NCBI GenBank assembly: GCA_030390025.1
Contig: CM059446.1
Coordinates: forward strand, 14,942,001 to 15,006,000
Origin: Squalus acanthias
Taxonomy: Eukaryota
DNA length: 64,000 bases
Reading direction: 5' to 3'
Positions 34,991 through 47,202 of this stretch are shown piece by piece. The notes beneath the pieces are model-generated. The model made no database searches, was not told the DNA's origin, and worked only from the letters and a program-made list of their open reading frames with translations. A program made the position numbers and the translations under genes. How positions within the stretch are numbered: the first letter of the stretch is position 1; each line of letters begins with the position of its first letter.

Positions 34991-35919
34991 ATCTCCAATG
35001 GACACAAGATTATTAATTTGCCGCCCAAGCATTTACTATTATCTCTCAATCCCATCTGGCGCTCTTCCAGCAATCTCATCAGCAAACTTAGTCATATTTC
35101 TGCATTTCCTGTTTACTTACATCTGGAATTTTTAAACTTGTTCAGACTCAAGTGGCAGATTATCTCTTTGCAATTAGCAACAGACCAAAACATCCTTGGA
35201 GATGTCCCCACTTGTGCCCAACAAAAACTTTTTAAACAGCTGGTAAACTTGCAGTTACAATTGGAGCAGTTGACACCAGGGGGGTGGGTGGTGGTTGACT
35301 GAAACATGGACAGAGGCCTTAGGAAGAAGTGGAGAGGATTAGTAAAGCAAAAAAAAAAGCTGAGGAAGTGAATTCTCAAGAGAAAACAGATCACAATACA
35401 CAAAAATAAGAACAGAGAGGGCACACAAACACAAGACTGGAGAAAACTGCAAGGGTCGGATGGTGATACAGCCTTGGGAGGAGTTTAAAAGTGGAGATAA
35501 TGACTTAGAAGTCTATATGCTTAAGTAACATGGTCAGCAAAAACCAGGGCGCTGACTGTGCAGGATATGGGCCACACAGAGCTCTGGGGGAGTTGGAGCT
35601 TTGTGCGGGGTGGGTGGAACTGGAGAGGCCAGAGGAGAATAGTTTTTTTTTAAAAAAAGTTAAGCCTGGAGATAAAGGCAGGAAATTAACACAATTATGG
35701 GGATTTAAACAATTTGGATATAAACAGAAAGCGAGATTTAAACAGAAAGTCACAGGCAAGCCAAAAAATAAAAAATTGCATCCAAATCGTTTGCAACAGT
35801 TGTTGCCTGGGGTGGGGGATATTCTTCCTGCAGCAAATATGGTTGGAAAGTTGTTTTTAAAAAAAATAATCAAAATAAATATTTTTTTTTTTATAAAGTT
35901 GCACACTGGACCCGCAATG

Positions 35920-36250
35920 GGAGTCAAGCGGTTCCCCAGAGGCGCTTGGTGAGCCGAGCCCGGCCTTCCTCACCCAGCCACCGGGCCCCGGGCCTCCTCC
36001 GCCCCCCCGAGCCCCGGGCCTCCTCCGCCCCCCCGAGCCCCGGGCCTCCTCCGCCCCCCCGAGCCCAGCGCCCAGACTCCATACTCACCCAGCCCTCGCC
36101 GCCTATCCTCTCCTCTCCTATCCCGCCCTGTCCTCGCCGCCGCCTCACCAACAGCTTCTGATCCACGCACAGCCCAGCCTCGCCTCCCCTTCCGGGTCAA
36201 AGCGCACGCCAGCTCCTGAAAGGGGAGGGCGCAGCTCTGTATTTATCGTT
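35920..36250 (-). promoter_or_regulatory. ERLIN1: CpG-rich ERLIN1 promoter and non-coding first exon (~36089-36200)
   Basis: The only dense non-TE CpG/GC cluster between the two genes. Strong minus-strand donor GG|GTGAGT at 36089/36088, no ATG in the putative exon, and GGGCGG boxes. Confidence 0.75.
35983..36066. repeat. GC-rich minisatellite, 26-bp unit x3
   Basis: (GAGCCCCGGGCCTCCTCCGCCCCCCC)3. Confidence 0.9.
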
Positions 36251-36299
36251 CTGCCGACACATATTACATGACCTCCTCCTCCTCCCAGCAAAGTTTGAC

Positions 36300-36653
36300 A
36301 GTCTTTTTTTATTCAAATACAATAATACCTATAGAACTCATCAATTACATAGTAAATCCATTACATTCATCCATCACAGTAAAAAATAAAGCCTTAAAAA
36401 GTCTTTTTTTTAACATTTCAAATATTTTTATTCAAAAATAATACCTGTACAACTCATCAATTACATAGTAAATCCATTACATAGTAAATCCATTACATTC
36501 ATCCATCACAGTAAAAAATAAAGCCTTAAAAAGTCTTTTTTTTAACATTTCAAATATTTTTATTCAAAAACAATAATACCTATACAACTCATCAATTACA
36601 TAGTAAATCCATTACATTCATCCATCACAGTAAAAAATAAAGCCTTAAAAACA
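36300..36653 (-). repeat. Three tandem ~100-135-bp AT-rich units, each ending in AATAAA plus oligo(A)
   Basis: Near-identical units; the middle unit has a 16-bp internal duplication; GACAGTCTTT direct repeats flank the array. Confidence 0.85.
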
Positions 36654-37188
36654 GACAGTCTTTAGAGGCACCGATAAACATTCTGGTCCCACAAAATCTG
36701 AGCTTGTTGAGGCTGCCGCGAAACACGAATTAAGGCTGAATCCATGTGTGGGAAACAAGAGACTTTTTAATCAACTGCATGGTACAAAATTGCTGAACCA
36801 ACTGCTCCCAGAATTCTCTGGAAAAACCCTGCGGCCCCGCCCACTCCTGCCTGAAAGGGAAGGTGCATCGATATATTGTCCACGGACGGAAAAGTGGATA
36901 ATGCCCATTTAGGTGGCGATCCGCCACAAGCTTTTCTTTTCATTTATCTCATCACTTTGAATAATCTGATACTCCAGCTGTTAGAAACCTTTTTTTCCCC
37001 CCCCCAATAATCTTTCAAAGTGGCACATGAATGTTGTGCAGCAAGGAGGAAGCTGTTAATTAATGCGCAAGCAAAAATGTGACCTATTTGGGAATGAAGT
37101 TAGTCCCATCAACAGATATGATCATGTATTGCGATTACGACAAGAGTGTTTGACTATCCCTCAATCGACATCGCTAAGACAGACTATA

Positions 37189-38507
37189 GGCCCGGATTTT
37201 GCGGTGGTAATCATGGAATCGTAGAAATTTACGGCACAGAAGGAGGCCATTTGACCCATCGTGTCTGTGCCGGACGAAAAAGAGCTATCCAGCCTAACCC
37301 CACCTTCCAGCTCTTGCTCCACAGCATTGCAGGTTACGGCACTTCAAGTGCATATCCCAAGTACTTTTTAAATGTGATGAGCGTTTCGGCTTCCGCCAGC
37401 GTTCGTCGTCATTACTCCTCTGAAACTAACCGTAACTTCAGGATTTAACGCGTGTGCAGATAAACACGGAAATCCTGAAGCTGCGGTCAATTATTCACTG
37501 CTCCGCCACAGGTTGCACTGTGGAACTCCCCAGAGCCAGCAATCAGTTGAAATCACATACAAGGACAAAAACTTCCCCTTTTACAACGGAATATCACTCT
37601 TAAAACCCCCCAAAAACTTTAAAATAACAGAAAATGCTGGAAACACTCAGCAGGCCAGGCAGCATCCGTGGACACCCTATAACTTTAAGCCTTGTTGAAA
37701 GAGGTGTAACTGGGTTTTTAATGGCATACTGATTGCTGAACCATTCTGACTTTGAAAAACTAATTTTATATTTGTGAAATGTCAAATGTCACCATTAATA
37801 TTAAAAATTACAAGTTTTTAATATAATATATACTTTTTAAAGTTTGTTTGATAGTTCAGCTTCTACCTTTGTAATATGGGTGGGTAGAACAAATGAAGTA
37901 CAGAGACATCATGAGTTGCTAGTCCATGTGCTTGCTTTATTCGGCCAGAGCAAAGTGAGCATGCTCATACTAAACCATGCGCCGAATACCTCGAGTCTCT
38001 TCGCCGGGAGCAAGCGGAAGCCAAGCGCAAACAGCGGAAGGTGCGCACGTCAACCCAAGCACCCCACCCACCGTCTGTCCCACCTGTGACAGAGACTGTA
38101 GGTCCCGCATTGGACTCATCAGTCACCTGAGAACTCATTTTTAATGTGGAAGCAAGTCATCTTCGGTTCCGAGGGACTGCCTAAGAAGGAAGAAGGATAA
38201 TACATTACAACCTTAATCATATGTGTATGTCCCAATCTTTATTTCGCTCTGTATAAAATTTATAAAAAGTAAATTAGAATCTGTGCATTTTACTTCCTGG
38301 TTTCCTGTCTGAGAATTCTTCAATGTGATTGGCTGCTTAGCCAGCTCGATGACATCACTGTTGCTGGATGCTTCAAATTCACTTGATTTGACGCCAGATT
38401 CAAACAAAGGTCGGGAGAGCTGAAATTCACTAGCGATCTCTGTGGGCAGCTTTCTTCGAGGTCAGCAGCGACGCCGTCGCTTCACTGCTGACTGCAAATT
38501 CCGGGCC
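37189..38507. mobile_element. Non-autonomous DNA transposon (Harbinger-like) with nested retroelement fragments
   Basis: 17-bp TIRs GGCCCGGATTTTGCGGT vs rc GGCCCGGAATTTGCAGT (2 mismatches). Contains a CR1 3' end (37210-37390, -), a PLE tail (37620-37672, -) and an RTE 3' end. Confidence 0.7.
37978..38196 (+). mobile_element. RTE-clade LINE 3' end
   Basis: AEYLESLRREQAEAKRKQRK...VCPTCDRDCRSRIGLISHLRTH (C2H2 motif typical of RTE C-termini); AAG-rich tail. Confidence 0.75.
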
Positions 38508-38512
38508 AATAT

Positions 38513-38670
38513 CTGGTCATTATCACATTGCTGTTTGTGGGAGCTTGCTGTGTGCAAATTGGCTGCCGTTTTTCCTACATTACAACAGTGACTACACTAC
38601 AAAAGTACTGCATTGGCTGTAAAGTGCTTTGGGACGCCCTGAGGTGCGCTATAGAAATGCAAATCTTTCT
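38513..38670 (+). mobile_element. Deu-domain SINE 3' fragment
   Basis: Matches 3070-3230. Confidence 0.75.
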
Positions 38671-40243
38671 TAGCAAGTTACACACTTTTTGTGCTCCGGG
38701 TGAGCGATGATTGTGCTGGGAAATGGAACTCTTCTACCCAGTGTCGGCATTAAGCACTCCTGGGTCACCTACAGCACAGCCAGATTCTGAGTAAAACTCC
38801 CTCTACTCTGTCCTAACAACATACCTGACTGACAAAGGCACTGTTCGTACCATATTAAACAGTCCAGCTATTTTGGGTAGACTCAGCTGTTCAATCAGCT
38901 GCTGCTACCTCGTTAAAGTGCAATTCGACTGGCTACTTAAAACCCTGTCATTGGTATCGGGTTACAGTTTGCACAAACTGACTGCTCTTCTCTTTCCAGC
39001 TATGTTTGCTGCTGCAATGAGCCTCAGCATGAAAACTGAACAAGATGGATGAGCTGCCAAAATTTTTTTCAAAATATAAAATAACTCTCCACCACCTGTC
39101 TTGACTCCTCCTCTGCCTTTATGTTGTCTGACTGCTTGTCCAGTTTTGGATGAACCGCAATTTCCACCAGTTAATGACCTAAGCCATTATCCTCGGCCTC
39201 TACGACAAACTCCATACTCTTGCCACTGATCACATCCCTCTCCCCAGCCATGATCTCAGTTGAACGAGACTGTTTGCAACCTCAACATCCTATTCAACCC
39301 TGAGCTGAGCTTCTGATCCCATGTCCTTCTATGAGAGTTGAATTATACTACCTTATATCTACTTGTATGATAATGTAACCCAGGGAAGTAACAATAGAAC
39401 CCCCTTGCGACCTGAACTGGAATTATGTATCTTATGCATATGTACTTCTTAAGGGGGATCTGGAATACATTTGCTGAGAGGAGGCCTGATATGAATCAAT
39501 AAGTTGCTTAACTTCACAGTAAGATAAAAATACAGAATAGCAGTTATGATTGGACACACTTAACTTAAACATTACAAGTTATCTTCATATAATGATACAA
39601 AATGAAGAACATGACATGCTTCCCCACATCAGTGGGTTGTGTTACTTGACTTAAACAATATGTCTTCTAACTATTCCCCCAGTATTTTTGGCTTTCTGAG
39701 CCTAAAGTTTTTGCCGCTGATTTTTTAAAATCCTGACTGCCCTCACGGCCTTATTGTTTCAAAATGCCTTTCAGCAAGCCTATGCACTAGCCTCTCTTTT
39801 TTTTTGTATATCTCCCACTGTTAACAGACAGACATGGAACAAAGGACTTTCTAACACAATAGGTGTGAGGTATTGTTTTAGCTTAAAAAAGCTAACTAAT
39901 TGCTCATTGTTTACTATTGGGGAAAACGACTAACATTTTGCATATCAACCACAATTCATCTCTGTGCTTTCTTTAAGAATTATGAGAATACACTTTGCTT
40001 TAAAAACACACCATTAAAAGCAACTTTTCTTCTGTAATTCTTTTTACAGAAAATGGTTAAAAAATTCCACAAAACAACATGGATATATAAAAAAGAACTT
40101 GAAAGAAAACCACATAGTACAGTGAAAGGGGGAGGGGGGCAGATCAACTGGAGTTACTAATAACTACCACGACTATGAAGAAAGGGTAGAACTAGAGAAG
40201 GAATCCTGGTGAAGTGGTGTCCGGAGCACTGTGGAGAGCTGTA

Positions 40244-40314
40244 GATTGGATTAGGGACCAAAGTGGGTGCAGTGGAGTGGATTGGATTAGGGACCAAAGT
40301 GGGTGCACTGGAGT
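40244..40314. repeat. 36-bp tandem duplication
   Basis: GATTGGATTAGGGACCAAAGTGGGTGCA(G/C)TGGAGT x2. Confidence 0.85.
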
Positions 40315-42669
40315 TGGGTTGGGTGTGTGTGGCAGGAAGCCTCCAGGCACAAACCCTCCGGCCTGGAAATGAAGCAGAACCAGAAAAAATAAGCATTATT
40401 GAATCTTTTATTGAGAAACTGTCTGGAGTTAGAATAGTATAAATTAATGTTATCTTTATATTTGTTAGGATTATTTAAAAAATAGGTGGCTTGCAGTGCT
40501 CATTCACTGGTTAGCAGAGGTAGTGAATGGAGTTGGAAAGTAGACCAAGGAGGAGCTTGGTTCGAACAGACCAATGGAAATTAGTATTTTAAAAATACCG
40601 TAAAAGTCATTGACAGATGTGACACAAAATTATGACAAAGGAAGTAAGTTGAAATGTGTCAAGGAAGTGTGTGGTATATTGCAAAACTTTTAATATATTA
40701 TACATATATAATGCAAATATACAATCTCTTCACTCACTGATATAGTTGATTACCACAATACACAGCAGTATTTAATCATTTGCAGCTTTGTTTGACCAAA
40801 CAAATAATAGCACTCAGCTCAGTGTCAGAGGTTTGAGTTCAAGCCCCCATCCCCAAGGATTCCAGCGCAGATTGTCATTTTACTGCGGTATTGAGAGACT
40901 GCTGCATTGTCACAGGAACGATCACTCAGATTAGATTTTTTTTTAAACAGTTGACTCAGAAGTCAACTCAAAGGGTCTCCAATTAATGTATTTTCTTTCA
41001 GATGATCCTGCTGTGCATTTCCAGTAGTTTCTTATTTTAGTTTAAAAAAAGTGCTCAGACTGTCCCACTTTTGTATCATTCAAATGACAGTAAAACAGTT
41101 TAGTGTCAATTAACAAAGTTGGGCCGATGACTGTATCCAATTACAGGCATACTATACACCACTTGGTACAGTGGTGCTTAAACACTGTGTGGAGCTATCA
41201 TTGCTAAGACCACCAATTAGGAACTAAATTTGAGATAGCTTTCTGTTTTGGGCATATGCCAACTGTTGACTAAATTGAGACTTTCAGAGCTGTATTGGCA
41301 TATAACAGTTATCAGAAAGGGGTATCTCTGCTTTGCTACACTCCAGTATAAATCACAAAAATTTTACTTGTAGTTTTTCCACGAGTACTATGAAGAAGCA
41401 GTGATGTGTGCAAAGTTTTTAAAAAGTTGGGAAGCAGGAGGGGAAACAAGTCATCTGTCTCTCCAACTGTAGCAATATTTTTCATCCCTTATTATGTGTC
41501 AAGGCAATTAAGTCTGTCACCCAAATAACTTTTTGATATATGTTCTCCTCAGATTATCTGCCATGCGCTTCTCTGCTCTGGACATTAGTCGCAAAGGACT
41601 GATGATCCAATTACTACACCTTCAAAATCAACTTCAATTTATACAACTAGTGTTTTGCTCACATCTTTCCCTTATGGTAACTTTTCTCTGCTTGTTTCTG
41701 ACTCATTCTTTGTTTATCCTGATTTTCTGTCTTTCTTAGTGCATGCATCTTACACTTTCTCACATTGTCATCCACGCATCCCTCAGACTTTTTGCAAGTC
41801 TCCTCTGACTGGCGCTGATTCACTTTCTTTTCCTATTTCTCCCCCACTATGCGCCTCTCACACTTCCCTACCTTCTTCACTGTAAGATTGTGTGTATCTA
41901 TTTTTATCACCTTCCATGGAGGCCTCAAACCTGGATACTCGCAAAAATGATCTTGTCTCTCCACGTGTACAAAGCCATAGTTCGCTTCTTGGACAGCAAC
42001 CTAATCCTCAAACTCCCTTTAAAATAGTCCAACCACCACAGACATTTCAGTCAAGTTACAGACCAAGAAATCACTTCAGTCACCATTTTGGCAGCACCTC
42101 CTTTCCCGTTTCCAACATCATCTGGTTGTTGTGGCTTTTGCATTTTTTTCTTGAAAATCTGGAGATGGGTTTGAAGGGAAAAGTCAGTGTCCATCCTAAT
42201 CCTACCAGAGCCATTGGAAACCCTACAGATTGGAAAGGTTTCCTGGTCTCAATGGCAATTGTAAGACAAATGAAGTGGGAACATTTTGTACCAGCTAATT
42301 ACATAACAGTACCTGATCAATAAAGCCAGAAAGGCTATTAATCTGTAGAATTTCCAATTAAACCAATTGATGATGGTCCCATAACTGACATCAGCTGACC
42401 TACTCCCTGCTGAACGTAGACATGCAAATGAGTCTCTAATGACAGGGACACTTAAATCACAAATCAAATCAAAATCTCTGTATGGTGCCCACTAGCCTTA
42501 AAAGGGAAGTGGTAGCTATTGCATTTTGGTATGCAAAATGGGCAGAAACTACATACTGAAACAAAGGCAATGGCATAAAAGTCTCCTATTTTGCAGTAGG
42601 CTAGCAAGGTCCAACCCCACAGAATAACGTGAAATGGTCTCCACTGGCAGAGGTTGAAAAGGAAAAAGC

Positions 42670-43332
42670 ATCTGAACAGTGTAGGAGGCCAAGCACAGAG
42701 AAGTCAGAGAATTAAAATGGCAAGCAACCGGAAGTTCAGGGTCACACTTGCGGACTGAATGGGGGTGTTCAGCAAAGCAAACACCCAATCTGCATTTGTC
42801 TCCCCAATGTAGAAGAGAGCGCATCGTGAGCAGCAAATACAGTACACTAAATTGAAAGTACAAGTAAATCGCTGTTTCACCTGGAAGGAATGTTTGGGGC
42901 CCTAGACGGTGGGAAGGGAGGTGGTGAAAAGTGAACGTGTTGCATCTCCTGCACTCGCATTGGAAGGTGCCATGAACCAGGGAGCGAATGTTGGGAATGA
43001 TGGAAGAGTGAGCTAGGGTGTCGCAGAGGGAACGGTCCCTTCCGAATGCTGGGAGGGGAGGAAGATTTGTTTGTTGGTGGCATCACGCTGGGGATGGAGA
43101 AAATGCCAGAGGATGATCTGTTGAATGTGAAGGCTGGTGGGGTGGAAGGTGAGAACAAGGGGAACCCCATCATAGTTCTGGGAGGGAGGGCCCGGTCCAC
43201 CACGGAGGAACCTCGGTTGAGGAAAAAGGAAGACATATCGGAAGCACTGGTGTGGAAGGTGCATCGTCAGCACAGATGTGACGGAGACAGAAACTGGGAC
43301 AATGAAATGCAGTCCTTCCATGAAGCGGGGTG
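42670..43332 (-). mobile_element. Second-family PLE fragment (RT thumb to GIY-YIG), decayed
   Basis: HPASWKD...ASDMSSFFLNRG...VVDRAL...LVYCICCSRCALLYIGET...RLG..FAEH..SVRK.DPELPVACHFNS across frameshifts. Confidence 0.8.
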
Positions 43333-43456
43333 AAACGAAAGGTCACAAACCTGAAACGTTAACTATTTCTCTCTCCACAGATGCTGCCTAAGCCGCTGAA
43401 TATTTCCAGCATTTTCTGTTTATATTTCATACTTCCAGTATCCGGAGTATTTTGCC
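43333..43456 (+). mobile_element. Inverted PLE terminus with truncated hammerhead core
   Basis: ..ACGA A AGGT CACAA ACCT GAAA CGTT AAC...ccacagatgctgcc...tttccagcattttctg, abutting the 5'-truncation point of the minus-strand PLE. Confidence 0.7.
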
Positions 43457-43459
43457 GTA

Positions 43460-43562
43460 AAGGGCGGGGAAGTGGGACTAGCTGAAGTGCTCTTGCAGAG
43501 AGCCGGCACGGGCTCGACAGGCTGAATGGCCTTCCTCCGTGCTGTAACTACGATTCTATGAG
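43460..43562 (+). mobile_element. CR1 3' UTR fragment
   Basis: Nearly identical to 1078-1175. Confidence 0.8.
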
Positions 43563-43624
43563 TATTCATAATCAATCAACACTCTGTCACGGACAAAATG
43601 ATCAAGTATATAGAAACTGTCATG

Positions 43625-43830
43625 AAAGCTACCCAACTCGTTCACTAATGTCCTCCAGGAAAGAAAATCTGCCACTTCTTCCTGGTCAGGCCGAGGTGTG
43701 ACTCTACTCCTGTAACTGTGTGGGCGATTCTTAATGCCCTCTTGCGGTGGCCTATCAAACCACTCAGATGTCAGGGCAGCTAGGGACGAGCAAGAAATGC
43801 ATCGCCCACACCAGAAGAACAAATTTTAAA
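43625..43830 (+). mobile_element. HE1/V-SINE-like fragment
   Basis: Tail gggcagctagggacgagcaagaaatgc...gcccaca is shared with the HER1-like LINE copies at 53.5 and 55.5 kb. Confidence 0.5.
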
Positions 43831-46359
43831 ATTAAAAATATTAAAAAAGAGGCTCTCTCATCAGGATTTCTAGTACAGAAAACAAAGGGAAAACTCCCAC
43901 CCTGAGGTTTGGAACTTGGTACAGAAAGACTCACTAGTATTTTCATACATATCTTAAAATTAGTTAAATGACAAACCATCAGTTTACAGATGAACGAAAG
44001 CTCATCAGAAATGGTCTGAAAAGGAGGTGGGAAGAGAGAAAAAAACTGACCCAAACAAAGAGAACAATGCCATTTTATTTTTTTACCTTTATTTAAATCT
44101 GGTCATTTATAATCCTTTAATGTCAGTTTGTTAGCAACAAAATAACTCCACAGCAGTGCATTTGAGAACCAGTTACATGTCATACAGTTTAAAACATTGA
44201 CTTAAGATCATCAACTAAGAGCACACAAAAAAAATCCAAGATAACATAAGTACAAATGACAGACAGAAACAAAAGATACAATTTTTGGTACTTTAGAGGT
44301 GCATAAATACAAATTAAAGTTTAAAAGGAACATAAAAGTACAAAGACAATAACAAATGTACTATGAGCAATTGTGTATAGGAACTTAAAATGCAGAAAAA
44401 AATATCTAATACTAAACTTTAATGTCGCTTTTGATACATACACACGTTACAAAAGAAAATTGGATTCGTGACTCCACTTTTTAAATCAGAAACACTCACT
44501 AGAATTCATTTGCTTGTCAATTTGTCGTGGCTGTTGAACAAACGCTTCAGATTTTGTTGTGCTAAATTAAACTAATCACACATTAGCTTATGGGATTAGA
44601 GTAAAAAACGTATTTTCCTCTATTCGCTAAACGTTAGAGAAAAAGACAATGTACATAAAGCAGGCATGTCAACATTTTCACTATCAATAGTGGATGGTGG
44701 AAAATATATCCCAGTGTGTCTAACATGTTGCATACAGTACATTCAATGATGTGAGAGCATCTTAGGGAACGTGAACAAAACAGTTAAGAATTAGAGCAAG
44801 ACCCAAACAATGTGACATCTTAAAAGTGCAATCAACGCTGCCATACAAGTAAAATTAGAAAATATACAAGAGATACATGACTGACAGCAGAACAGTTTGT
44901 TGTACAAAAAAGGATGTCAGTGTGTTGCGATGAACTCACTATCTCTCCACTGATCCTGTATGTCTTTACATCATATATAAAACTTAGACAAACATTAAAA
45001 TGTACTTCTAACTCATCCCAAAATGTGTTGCATTATCTCTGTGCAGTCCTAGTTTATACATATTAAGTTTAAAGTGGTTTATGCCTTCACTGAAAGCTTC
45101 CCCCCTAAACTATTGTAAATATGTATGCACAACTAACACTGCATTACAAAATAATACAAGCAACAATGCATGGTCACTGGATTTATATCAATTTTAAGTG
45201 TGCAACCTCCCATAGAAACCAGAAAGGCGAAACAATGAGAGGGAGTGTTATGAAACTTTTCATATGATTTTATACTTCAAGGTCCAGCCTCAACCAGCAT
45301 TACAGCAGAAACATGTAGGAGATTAGATAAAAAAATAATTCCTATTCATACTGAATCAACAGCAAAAACTCTGGGGACAGGTAATTATGCCATCCGTGTC
45401 AGGCCATCGCAACTCATTTGAACTTTAGGCACCATTATTTTGCATAAACCAGTGGGTTATTTTGGGTTTATTTTGTATAAACCATTCTACGTGTATTCTC
45501 TACTTGCACTGTTTGTGACACAAAAAATAATTAAATAATTTTCCGTGGTCATTCAATGGCTCCTATTGAATCACCTCATGACCAGGAATACTTTCATCTC
45601 CAGCGGTTTGTCAGTTACGCAAAGTCTCAATTTATATTAGTCAATTAAAAACAAAATTACACAGGTTTGTTACAGCACCTGATGTCATTTCACAGTTGGT
45701 CGCAGAAGTAGTAAAAAGTTTTAGCTCAATGGCTGACTGAACAGATCATTAAAAAAAATTTAATCTTCTTGCATCTGTTGTTATCACATGAAGATGGAAA
45801 TTGGTTATAAGATTTTGGGTCAGATAGGTACTGCAGGAGCAATGCATTGCGCCACGCAGCACGCCATATAGGCTCACGATTGCAATTTCCACAGGCCTAG
45901 TTGCCAATCTCAGTTGTACTGCTGATGTCCGATTCCTTTGCACTGGGCAAAAAAGGTTCAGCAATCCCTTGGCTGCTGTGTCAAGTCAGCAACCAGTTTT
46001 GGAGCAACAGCGGCAGGATCCTTGGAGCAATTATCTACACTTGCAGCCAAAGATGGTGCTTGGTCCAGGAAGATGAGGAAAGAGGATGTGGGAAAAATAT
46101 ATTTAAAAAAAGAGGGAGTTTCATCCTCAAAATAATGAAGTACTGGAAAGATGTAGCTCAAATATAATGTAGCACTTTTCTTTCAACCGATAGATCCACT
46201 GGATCAATTAGAAATAACCAACAAGCAAGAAACTGAATTTTGCCCAAAAGTAGCTGTACTGTGGGACACAATTCAGCAAACCCTTAGATACAGGAGGAAG
46301 TCTTATCTATTCTGCCACAGAAATAAAAACACTTAATAGATGAAATGTGAAAACATTTG

Positions 46360-47202
46360 GGGGGAGAGATTCGGTTGCTTTGCGCATCCCGTTAGCACCC
46401 TAAAAGGGCGCTAATGAGGCGCAAAGCAACTCACACCCAGGCGCGGCGATGTTTGCGCCGCTCGCGAAATTAACCAGACATTTTGCGGTGGCGCTAAACA
46501 CTACCGCCATGATCTCCTGCGCCCACAGATTGTGACGTCAGTCGAGCATGCAACGCCCCGGACTGGATATTGAGTGGCGCCCCCTGCCGCTAGCAACGAC
46601 AGGTTGAGGGGAACGTTTTGCAGTCGGGAAGGGACTGGGGGGGGCGCTATTTAAAGGCGACCACTTCCTGCCTTTTTTTGTCAGCGTCATTTTTGCACCA
46701 CGCATTGAGAAAGAGAGAGACTTCTGGAGAGATTCAACGCTGTGTGAAGGAGTTTTGGGTACTGAGCTGCACTTTGCAGGTTCATTTTGATTTGACCTTT
46801 CTTGCATCGATTTAGAAGAGACTATGGGGACTGCACTCTGAGCTCTTTCCCTGGGCCTCTCCATTGTTCTTTCCAGCAGAATTGATGTACAGGTCTCTCC
46901 AGGCCGAGATTCAAGGCTGCAATGAGCAGGGTATGGATGGAGTGCAAGATCGACCCTCCCCTTTAAGAACTGGCCGGCGCCAGTGTGTCTGTGTTCCATT
47001 GCTGACTGACATCACGAGCTTTGCCAGCGCTCTGAGTTAGCACCTTAAGAGAGGTGTGTAGCGCCTGATTTAGCGCTCCAATCACTTCCAGGGGCGATAG
47101 AAGCAAAGTTTGCAGTTGGAGGCGATAATTAGCGCCAGGCGCTAAACTTTGCACCCGGTCGATAATTGCGCCCCAAACGGGGCGATACTGAATTTCGCCT
47201 CC
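46360..47202. mobile_element. Non-autonomous PIF/Harbinger-like DNA transposon
   Basis: Imperfect 16-bp TIRs GGGGGAGAGATTCGGT vs rc GGAGGCGAAATTCAGT; 3-bp TTG duplication; GCGC-rich subtermini. Confidence 0.65.

Noticed and set aside
35505-36200. Overlapping 71-140-aa ORFs near the ERLIN1 promoter
   Set aside because: Low-complexity translations of intron 1, the minisatellite and the GC-rich 5' UTR; no recognisable domain.
36300-36653. CRISPR-like array
   Set aside because: Eukaryotic context, long near-identical units, no unique spacers and no cas genes.
46538-46999. 153-aa ORF
   Set aside because: Lies inside a non-autonomous Harbinger-like element and shows no transposase or Myb motif that I can recognise.
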